Shown here: in pieces, positions 42,419-53,244 of the stretch
Numbering within the stretch: the first letter of the stretch is position 1
Layout: each line of letters opens with the position of its first letter
NCBI RefSeq assembly: GCF_009914755.1
Contig: NC_060942.1
DNA: 64,000 nucleotides
Source of the DNA: the human T2T-CHM13v2.0 reference genome, Homo sapiens
Strand: one strand, 5' to 3'
The notes under the pieces: generated by a model
Databases searched by the model: none
Told to the model about the DNA's origin: nothing
The model's input: the letters and a program-made list of their open reading frames with translations, nothing else
Made by a program: the position numbers and the translations under genes

Positions 42419-45400
42419 CTCAACTAACAAAGTTGAACCTTTCTTTTGATAGAGCAGTTTTGAAATGCTCTTTTTGTGGAATCTGCAAGTGGATATTTGG
42501 CTAGGTTTGAGGATTTCGTTGGAAGCGGGAATTCATACAAATTGCAGACTGCAGCGTTCTGAGAAACATCTTTGTGATGTTTGTATTCAGGACACAGAGT
42601 TGAACATTCCCTATCATAGAGCAGGTTGGAATCACTCCTTTTGTAGTATCTGGAAGTGGACATTTGGAGCGCTTTCAGGCCTATGTTGAAAAAGGAAATA
42701 TCTTCCCATAACAACTAGGCAGAAGCATTCTCAGAAACTTGTTTGTGATGTGTGCCCTCTACTGACACAGTTGATCCTTTCTTTTCATAGAGCAGTTTCG
42801 AAACACTCTTTTTGTAGAATCTGCAAGAGGATATTTGCATAGCTTTGAGGATTTCGTGGGAAACGGGATTGTCTTCAGATCAAATCTAGACAGAAGCATT
42901 CTCAGAAACTTCTTTGGGATGTTTGCAATAAAGTCACAGAGTAGAACATTCACTTTGGTAGAGCAGGTTTGAAACACTCTTTTTGTAGTGTGTGTAAGTG
43001 GACATTTGGAGCGCTTTCAGGCCTACGTTGGAAAAGGAAATATCTTCCCATAACAACTAGACAGAAGCATTCTCAGAAACTAGTTTCTGATGTGTGTCCT
43101 CAACTAACACAGTTGAACATTTCTTTAGACAGAACAGTTTTGAAACACTCTTTTTGTGGAATCTGCAAGTGGATATTTGGCTAGATTTGAGGATTTCGTT
43201 GGAAACGGGATTACATATAAAAAGCAGACAGCAGCATTCTCAGAAACTTCTTTGTGATGATTGCATTCAAGTCACAGAATTGAACATTCCCTTTCACAGA
43301 GCAGCTTTGAAACACTCTTTTTGTAGTGTGTGTAAGTGGACATTTGGAGCGCTTTCCGTCCTAAGATGAAGAAGGAAATATCTTTCCATAAAAACTAGAC
43401 AGAAGCATTCTCAGAAACTTACTCGTGATGTGTGTCCTCAACTAAAGGAGTAGAACCTTTCTTTTCATAGAGAAGTTTTCAAACGCTCTTTTTGTGGAAT
43501 CTGCAAGTGGATATTTGGCTTGTTTGGAGGATTTCGTTGGAAGCGGGAATTCATACAAATTGCAGACTGCAGCGTTCTGAGAAACATCTTTGTGATGTTT
43601 GTATTCAGGACACAGAGTTGAACATTCCCTATCATAGAGCAGGTTGGGATCACTCCTTTTGTAGTATCTGGAAGTGGACATTTGGAGCGCTTTCAGGCAT
43701 ATGTTGAAAAAGGAAATATCTTCCCATAACAACTAGACAGAGGCATTCTCAGAAACTTGTTTGTGATGTGTGCCCTCTACTGACACAGTTGAACCTTTCT
43801 TTTCATAGAGCACTTTCGAAACACTCTTTTTGTAGAATCTGCAAGAGGATATTTGCATAGCTTTGAGGATTTCGTGGGAAACGGGATTGTCTTCAGGTAA
43901 AATCTAGACAGAAGCATTCTCAGAAACTTCTTTGGGATGTTTGCATTCAAGTCACAGAGTAGAACATTCCCTTTGGTGGAGCAGGTTTGAAACACTCTTT
44001 TTGTAGTGTGTGTAAGTGGACATTTGGAGCGTTTTCATGCCTACGTTGGAAAAGGAAATATCTTCCCATAACAACTAGACAGAAGCATTCTCAGAAACTA
44101 GTTTCTGATGTGTGTCCTCAACTAACACAGTTGAACTTTACTTTAGACAGAACAGTTTTGAAACACTCTTTTGTGGAATCTGCAAGTGGATATTTGGCTA
44201 GATTTGAGGATTTCGTTGGAAAAGGGATTACATATAAAAAGCAGACAGCAGCATTCTCAGAAACTTCTTTGTGATGATTGTATTCAGGACACAGAGTTGA
44301 ACATTCCCTATCATAGAGCAGGTTGGAATCACTCCTTTTGTAGTATCTGGAAGTGGACATTTGGAGCGCTTTCAGGCCTATGTTGAAAAAGGAAATATCT
44401 TCCCATAACAACTAGGCAGAAGCATTCTCAGAAACTTTTTTGTGATGTGTGCCTTCTACTGACACAGTTGAACCTTTCTTTTCATAGAGTAGTTTCGAAA
44501 CACTCTTTTTGTAGAATCTGCAAGAGGATATTTGCATAGCTTTGAGGATTTCGTGGGAAACGGGATTTTCTTCAGGTAAAATCTAGACAGAAGCATTCTC
44601 AGAAACTTCTTTGGGATGTTTGCATTCAAGTCACAGAGTAGAACATTCACTTTGGTAGAGCAGGTTTGAAACACTCTTTTTGTAGTGTGTGTAAGTGGAC
44701 ATTTGGAGCGCTTTCAGGCCTACGTTGGAAAAGGAAATATCTTCCCATAACAACTAGACAGAAGCATTCTCAGAAACTAGTTTCTGATGTGTGTCCTCAA
44801 CTAACACAGTTGAACATTTCTTTAGACAGAACAGTTTTGAAACACTCTTTTTGTGGAATCTGCAAGTGGATATTTGGCTAGATTTGAGGATTTCGTTGGA
44901 AACGGGATTACATATAAAAAGCAGACAGCAGCATTCTCAGAAACTTCTTTGTGATGATTGCATTCAAGTCACAGAATTGAACATTCCCTTTCACAGAGCA
45001 GGTTTGAAACACTCTTTTTGTAGTGTGTGTAAGTGGACATTTGGAGCGCTTTCCGGCCTAAGGTGAAGAAGGAAATATCTTCCCATAAAAACTAGACAGA
45101 AGCATTCTCAGAAACTTACTCGTGATGTGTGTCCTCAACTAAAGGAGTAGAACCTTTCTTTTCATAGAGAAGTTTTGAAACGCTCTTTTTGTGGAATCTG
45201 CTAGTGGATATTTGGCTAGTTTGGAGGATTTCGTTGGAAGCGGGAATTCATACAAATTGCAGAGTGCAGCGTTCTGAGAAACATCTTTGTGATGTTTGTA
45301 TTCAGGACACAGAGTTGAACATTCCCTATCATAGAGCAGGTTTGAATCACTCCTTTTGTAGTATCTGGAAGTGGACATTTGGAGCGCTTTCAGGCCTATG

Positions 45401-48400
45401 TTGGAAAAGGAAATATCTTCCCATAACAACTAGACAGAAGCATTCTCAGAAACTTATTTGAGATGTGTGTACACAACTAAGAGAATTGAACCACCGTTTT
45501 GAAGGAGCAGTTTTGAAACACTCTTTTTCTGGAATCTGCAAGTGGATATTTGGCTAGCTTTGGGGATTTCGCTGGAAGCGGGAATACATATAAAAAGCAC
45601 ACAGCAGCGTTCTGAGAAACTGCTTTCTGATGTTTGCATTCAAGTCAAAAGTTGAACACTCCCTTTCATAGAGCAGTCTTGAAACACCCCTTTTGTAGTA
45701 TCTGGAACTGGACATTTGGAGCGCTTTCAGGGCTAAGGTGAAAAAGGAAATATCTTCCCATAAAAACTGGACAGAAGCATTCTCAGAAACTTGTTTATGC
45801 TGTATCTACTCAACTAACAAAGTTGAACCTTTCTTTTGATAGAGCAGTTTTGAAATGCTCTTTTTGTGGAATCTGCAAGTGGATATTTGGCTAGGTTTGA
45901 GGATTTCGTTGGAAGCGGGAATTCATACAAATTGCAGACTGCAGCGTTCTGAGAAACATCTTTGTGATGTTTGTATTCAGGACACAGAGTTGAACATTCC
46001 CTATCATAGAGCAGGTTGGAATCACTCCTTTTGTAGTATCTGGAAGTGGACATTTGGAGGGCTTTCAGGCCTATGTTGAAAAAGGAAATATCTTCCCATA
46101 ACAACTAGGCAGAAGCATTCTCAGAAACTTGTTTGTGATGTGTGCCCTCTACTGACACAGTTGATCCTTTCTTTTCATAGAGCAGTTTCGAAACACTCTT
46201 TTTGTAGAATCTGCAAGAGGATATTTGCATAGCTTTGAGGATTTCGTGGGAAACGGGATTGTCTTCAGGTAAAATCTAGACAGAAGCATTCTCAGAAACT
46301 TCTTTGGGATGTTTGCATTCAAGTCACAGAGTAGAACATTTACTTTGATAGAGCAGGTTTGAAACACTCTTTTTGTAGTGTGTGTAAGTGGACATTTGGA
46401 GCGCTTTCAGGCCTACGTTGGAAAAGCAAATGTCTTCCCATAACAACTAGACAGAAGCATTCTCAGAAACTAGTTTCTGATGTGTGTCCTCAACTAACAC
46501 AGTTGAACATTTCTTTAGACAGAACAGTTTTGAAACACTCTTTTTGTGGAATCTGCAAGTGGATATTTGGCTAGATTTGAGGATTTCGTTGGAAACGGGA
46601 TTACATATAAAAAGCAGACAGCAGCATTCTCAGAAACTTCTTTGTGATGATTGCATTCAAGTCACAGAATTGAACATTCCCTTTCACAGAGCAGGTTTGA
46701 AACACTCTTTTTGTAGTGTGTGTAAGTGGACATTTGGAGCGCTTTCCGGCCTAAGGTGAACAAGGAAATATCTTCCCATAAAAACTAGACAGAAGCATTC
46801 TCAGAAACTTACTCGTGATGTGTGTCCTCAACTAAAGGAGTAGAACCTTTCTTTTCATAGAGAAGTTTTGAAACGCTTTTTTTGTGGACTCTGCAAGTGG
46901 ATATTTGGCTAGTTTTGAGGATTTCATTGGAAGCGGGAATTCATACAAATTGCAGACTGCAGCGTTCTGAGAAACATCTTTGTGATGTTTGTATTCAGGA
47001 CACAGAGTTGAACATTCCCTATCATAGAGCAGGTTTGAATCACTCCTTTTGTAGTATCTGGAAGTGGACATTTGGAGCGCTTTCAGGCCTATGTTGGAAA
47101 AGGAAATATCTTCCCATAACAACTAGACAGAAGCATTCTCAGAAACTTATTTGAGATGTGTGTACACAACTAAGAGAATTGAACCACCGTTTTGAAGGAG
47201 CAGTTTTGAAACACTCTTTTTCTGGAATCTGCAAGTGGATATTTGGCTAGCTTTGGGGATTTCGCTGGAAGCGGGAATACATATAAAAAGCACACAGCAG
47301 CGTTCTGAGAAACTGCTTTCTGATGTTTGCATTCAAGTCAAAAGTTGAACACTCCCTTTCATAGAGCAGTCTTGAAACACCCCTTTTGTAGTATCTGGAA
47401 CTGGACATTTGGAGCGCTTTCAGGGCTAAGGTGAAAAAGGAAATATCTTCCCATAAAAACTGGACAGAAGCATTCTCAGAAACTTGTTTATGCTGTATCT
47501 ACTCAACTAACAAAGTTGAACCTTTCTTTTGATAGAGCAGTTTTGAAATGCTCTTTTTGTGGAATCTGCAAGTGGATATTTGGCTAGGTTTGAGGATTTC
47601 GTTGGAAGCGGGAATTCATACAAATTGCAGACTGCAGCGTTGTGAGAAACATCTTTGTGATGTTTGTATTCAGGACACAGAGTTGAACATTCCCTATCAT
47701 AGAGCAGGTTGGAATCACTCCTTTTGTAGTATCTGGAAGTGGACATTTGGAGGGCTTTCAGGCCTATGTTGAAAAAGGAAATATCTTCCCATAACAACTA
47801 GGCAGAAGCATTCTCAGAAACTTGTTTGTGATGTGTGCCCTCTACTGACACAGTTGATCCTTTCTTTTCATAGAGCAGTTTCGAAACACTCTTTTTGTAG
47901 AATCTGCAAGAGGATATTTGCATAGCTTTGAGGATTTCGTGGGAAACGGGATTGTCTTCAGGTAAAATCTAGACAGAAGCATTCTCAGAAACTTCTTTGG
48001 GATGTTTGCATTCAAGTCACAGAGTAGAACATTTACTTTGATAGAGCAGGTTTGAAACACTCTTTTTGTAGTGTGTGTAAGTGGACATTTGGAGCGCTTT
48101 CAGGCCTACGTTGGAAAAGCAAATGTCTTCCCATAACAACTAGACAGAAGCATTCTCAGAAACTAGTTTCTGATGTGTGTCCTCAACTAACACAGTTGAA
48201 CATTTCTTTAGACAGAACAGTTTTGAAACACTCTTTTTGTGGAATCTGCAAGTGGATATTTGGCTAGATTTGAGGATTTCGTTGGAAACGGGATTACATA
48301 TAAAAAGCAGACAGCAGCATTCTCAGAAACTTCTTTGTGATGATTGCATTCAAGTCACAGAATTGAACATTCCCTTTCACAGAGCAGGTTTGAAACACTC

Positions 48401-51400
48401 TTTTTGTAGTGTGTGTAAGTGGACATTTGGAGCGCTTTCCGGCCTAAGGTGAACAAGGAAATATCTTCCCATAAAAACTAGACAGAAGCATTCTCAGAAA
48501 CTTACTCGTGATGTGTGTCCTCAACTAAAGGAGTAGAACCTTTCTTTTCATAGAGAAGTTTTGAAACGCTTTTTTTGTGGACTCTGCAAGTGGATATTTG
48601 GCTAGTTTTGAGGATTTCATTGGAAGCGGGAATTCATACAAATTGCAGACTGCAGCGTTCTGAGAAACATCTTTGTGATGTTTGTATTCAGGACACAGAG
48701 TTGAACATTCCCTATCATAGAGCAGGTTGGAATCAGTCCTTTTGTAGTATCTGGAAGTGGACATTTGGAGCGCTTTCAGGCATATGTTGAAAAAGGAAAT
48801 ATCTTCCCATAACAACTAGACAGAGGCATTCTCAGAAACTTGTTTGTGATGTGTGCCCTCTACTGACACAGTTGAACCTTTCTTTTCATAGAGCACTTTC
48901 GAAACACTCTTTTTGTAGAATCTGCAAGAGGATATTTGCATAGCTTTGAGGATTTCGTGGGAAACGGGATTGTCTTCAGGTAAAATCTAGACAGAAGCAT
49001 TCTCAGAAACTTCTTTGGGATGTTTGCATTCAAGTCACAGAGTAGAACATTCCCTTTGGTAGAGCAGGTTTGAAACACTCTTTTTGTAGTGTGTGTAAGT
49101 GGACATTTGGAGAGCTTTCAGGCCTACGTTGGAAAAGGAAATATCTTCCCATAACAACTAGACAGAAGCATTCTCAGAAACTAGTTTCTGATGTGTGTCC
49201 TCAACTAACACAGTTGAACTTTTCTTTAGACAGAACAGTTTTGAAACACTCTTTTGTGGAATCTGCAAGTGGATATTTGGCTAGATTTGAGGATTTCGTT
49301 GGAAAAGGGATTACATATAAAAAGCAGACAGCAGCATTCTCAGAAACTTCTTTGTGATGATTGTATTCAGGACACAGAGTTGAACATTCCCTATCATAGA
49401 GCAGGTTGGAATCACTCCTTTTGTAGTATCTGGAGGTGGACATTTGGAGCGCTTTCAGGCCTATGTTGAAAAAGGAAATATCTTCCCATAACAACTAGGC
49501 AGAAGCATTCTCAGAAACTTGTTTGTGATGTGTGCCTTCTACTGACACAGTTGAACCTTTCTTTTCATAGAGCAGTTTCGAAACTCTCTTTTTGTAGAAT
49601 CTGCAAGAGGATATTTGCATAGCTTTGAGGATTTCGTGGGAAACGGGATTGTCTTCAGGTTAAATCTAGACAGAAGCATTCTCAGAAACTTCTTTGGGAT
49701 GTTTGCATTCAAGTCACAGAGTAGAACATTCACTTTGGTAGAGCAGGTTTGAAACACTCTTTTTGTAGTGTGTGTAAGTGGACATTTGGAGCGCTTTCAG
49801 GCCTACGTTGGAAAAGGAAATATCTTCCCATAACAACTAGACAGAAGCATTCTCAGAAACTAGTTTCTGATGTGTGTCCTCAACTAACACAGTTGAACAT
49901 TTCTTTAGACAGAACAGTTTTGAAACACTCTTTTTGTGGAATCTGCAAGTGGATATTTGGCTAGATTTGAGGATTTCGTTGGAAACGGGATTACATATAA
50001 AAAGCAGACAGCAGCATTCTCAGAATCTTCTTTGTGATGATTGCATTCAAGTCACAGAATTGAACATTCCCTTTCACAGAGCAGGTTTGAAACACTCTTT
50101 TTGTAGTGTGTGTAAGTGGACATTTGGAGCGCTTTTCGGCCTAAGGTGAAAAAGGAAATATCTTCCCATAAAAACTAGACAGAAGCATTCTCAGAAACTT
50201 ACTCGTGATGAGTGTCCTCAACTAAAGGAGTAGAACCTTTCTTTTCATAGAGAAGTTTTGAAACGCTCTTTTTGTGGAATCTGCAAGTGGGTATTTGGCT
50301 AGTTTTGAGGATTTCGTTGGAAGCGGGAATTCATACAAATTGCAGACTGCAGCGTTCTGAGAAACATCTTTGTGATGTTTGTATTCAGGACACAGAGTTG
50401 AACATTCCCTATCATAGAGCAGGTTGGAATCACTCCTTTTGTAGTATCTGGAAGTGGACATTTCTAGCGCTTTCAGGCATATGTTGAAAAAGGAAATATC
50501 TTCCCATAACAACTAGACAGAGGCATTCTCAGAAACTTGTTTGTGATGTGTGCCCTCTACTGACACAGTTGAACCTTTCTTTTCATAGAGCACTTTCGAA
50601 ACACTCTTTTTGTAGAATTTGCAAGAGGATATTTGCATAGCTTTGAGGATTTCGTGGGAAACGGGATTGTCTTCAGGTAAAATCTAGACAGAAGCATTCT
50701 CAGAAACTTCTTTGGGATGTTTGCATTCAAGTCACAGAGTAGAACATTCCCTTTGGTAGAGCAGGTTTGAAACACTCTTTTTGTAGTGTGTGTAAGTGGA
50801 CATTTGGAGCGCTTTCAGGCCTACGTTGGAAAAGGAAATATCTTCCCATAACAACTAGACAGAAGCATTCTCAGAAACTTACTCGTGATGTGTGTCCTCA
50901 ACTAACACAGTTGAACTTTTCTTTAGACAGAACAGTTTTGAAACACTCTTTTGTGGAATCTGCAAGTGGATATTTGGCTAGATTTGAGGATTTCGTTGGA
51001 AAAGGGATTACATATAAAAAGCAGACAGCAGCATTCTCAGAAACTTCTTTGTGATGATTGTATTCAGGACACACAGTTGAACATTCCCTATCATAGAGCA
51101 GGTTGGAATCACTCCTTTTGTAGTATCTGGAAGTGGACATTTGGAGCGCTTTCAGGCCTATGTTGAAAAAGGAAATATCTTCCCATAACAACTAGGCAGA
51201 AGCATTCTCAGAAACTTGTTTGTGATGTGTGCCTTCTACTAACACAGTTGAACCTTTCTTTTCATAGAGCAGTTTCGAAACACTCTTTTTGTAGAATCTG
51301 CAAGAGGATATTTGCATAGATTTGAGGATTTCGTGGGAAACGGGATTGTCTTCAGGTAAAATCTAGACAGAAGCATTCTCAGAAACTTCTTTGGGATGTT

Positions 51401-53244
51401 TGCATTCAAGTCACAGAGTAGAACATTCCCTTTGGTAGAGCAGGTTTGAAACACTCTTTTTGTAGTGTGTGTAAGTGGACATTTGGAGCGCTTTCAGGCC
51501 TACGTTGGAAAAGGAAATATCTTCCCATAACAACTAGACAGAAGCATTCTCAGAAACTAGTTTCTGATGTGTGTCCTCAACTAACACAGTTGAACATTTC
51601 TTTAGACAGAACAGTTTTGAAACACTCTTTTTGTGGAATCTGCAAGTGGATATTTGGCTAGATTTGAGGATTTCGTTGGAAACGGGATTACATATAAAAA
51701 GCAGACAGCAGCATTCTCAGAAACTTCTTTGTGATGATTGCATTCAAGTCACAGAATTGAACATTCCCTTTCACAGAGCAGGTTTGAAACACTCTTTTTG
51801 TAGTGTGTGTAAGTGGACATTTGGAGCGCTTTCCGGCCTAAGGTGAAAAAGGAAATATCTTCCCATAAAAACTAGACAGAAGCATTCTCAGAAACTTACT
51901 CGTGATGTGTGTCCTCAACTAAAGGAGTAGAACCTTTCTTTTCATAGAGAAGTTTTGAAACGCTCTTTTTGTGGAATCTGCAAGTGGATATTTGGCTAGT
52001 TTTGAGGATTTCGTTGGAAGCGGGAATTCATACAAATTGCAGACTGCAGCGTTCTGAGAAACATCTTTGTGATGTTTGTATTCAGGACACAGAGTTGAAC
52101 ATTCCCTATCATAGAGCAGGTTGGAATCACTCCTTTTGTAGTATCTGGAAGTGGACATTTGGAGCGCTTTCAGGCCTATGTTGGAAAAGGAAATATCTTC
52201 CCATAACAACTAGACAGAAGCATTCTCAGAAACTTATTTCAGATGTGTGTACTCAACTAAGAGAATTGAACCACCGTTTTGAAGGAGCAGTTTTGAAACA
52301 CTCTTTTTCTGGAATCTGCAAGTGGATATTTGGCTAGCTTTGGGGATTTCGCTGGAAGCGGGAATACATATAAAAAGCACACAGCAGCGTTCTGAGAAAC
52401 TGCTTTCTGATATTTGCATTCAAGTCAAAAGTTGAACACTCCCTTTCATAGAGCAGTCTTGAAACACCCCTTTTGTAGTATCTGGAACTGGACATTTGGA
52501 GCGCTTTCAGGGCTAAGGTGAAAAAGGAAATATCTTCCCATAAAAACTGGACAGAAGCATTCTCAGAAACTTGTTTATGCTGTATCTACTCAACTAACAA
52601 TGTTGAACCTTTCTTTTGATAGAGCAGTTTTGAAATGCTCTTTTTGTGGAATCTGCAAGTGGATATTTGGCTAGGTTTGAGGATTTCGTTGGAAGCGGGA
52701 ATTCATACAAATTGCAGACTGTAGCGTTCTGAGAAACATCTTTGTGATGTTTGTATTCAGGACACAGAGTTGAACATTCCCTATCATAGAGCAGGTTGGA
52801 ATCACTCCTTTTGTAGTATCTGGAAGTGGACATTTGGAGCGCTTTCAGGCCTATGTTGAAAAAGGAAATATCTTCCCATAACAACTAGACAGAAGCATTC
52901 CCAGAAACTAGTTTCTGATGTGTGTCCTCAACTAACACAGTTGAACTTTTCTTTAGACAGAACAGTTTGGAAACACTCTTTTGTGGAATCTGCAAGTGGA
53001 TATTTGGCTAGATTTGAGGATTTCGTTGGAAAAGGGATTACATATAAAAAGCAGACAGCAGCATTCTCAGAAACTTCTTTGTGATGATTGTATTCAGGAC
53101 ACAGAGTTGAATATTCCCTATCATAGAGCAGGTTGGAATCACTCCTTTTGTAGTATCTGGAAGTGGACATTTGGAGCGCTTTCAGGCCTATCTTGAAAAA
53201 GGAAATATCTTCCCATAACAACTAGGCAGAAGCATTCTCAGAAA

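Larger units (their letters stand above)
1..53244 (+). repeat. HOR structural-variant domain lacking dimer F (10-, 6-, 4- and 2-mers)
   Basis: Spacings between successive dimer-A copies are ~1693, ~1018, ~679 or 342 bp, plus one 1720 and one 2030. Order in monomers: 10,6,4,10,6,6,4,4,6,4,10,2,6,6,4,10,2,6,4,10,2,6,4,10,2,6,10,10,10,10,10,10,6,6,4,6,4,4,2,10,6,4,10,10,6,4,6,4,12*. Confidence 0.93.

Noticed and set aside
51969-52337. Longest ORF (122 aa)
   Set aside because: It results from a single tga>tca substitution removing a stop codon in one repeat copy; there is no coding evidence.
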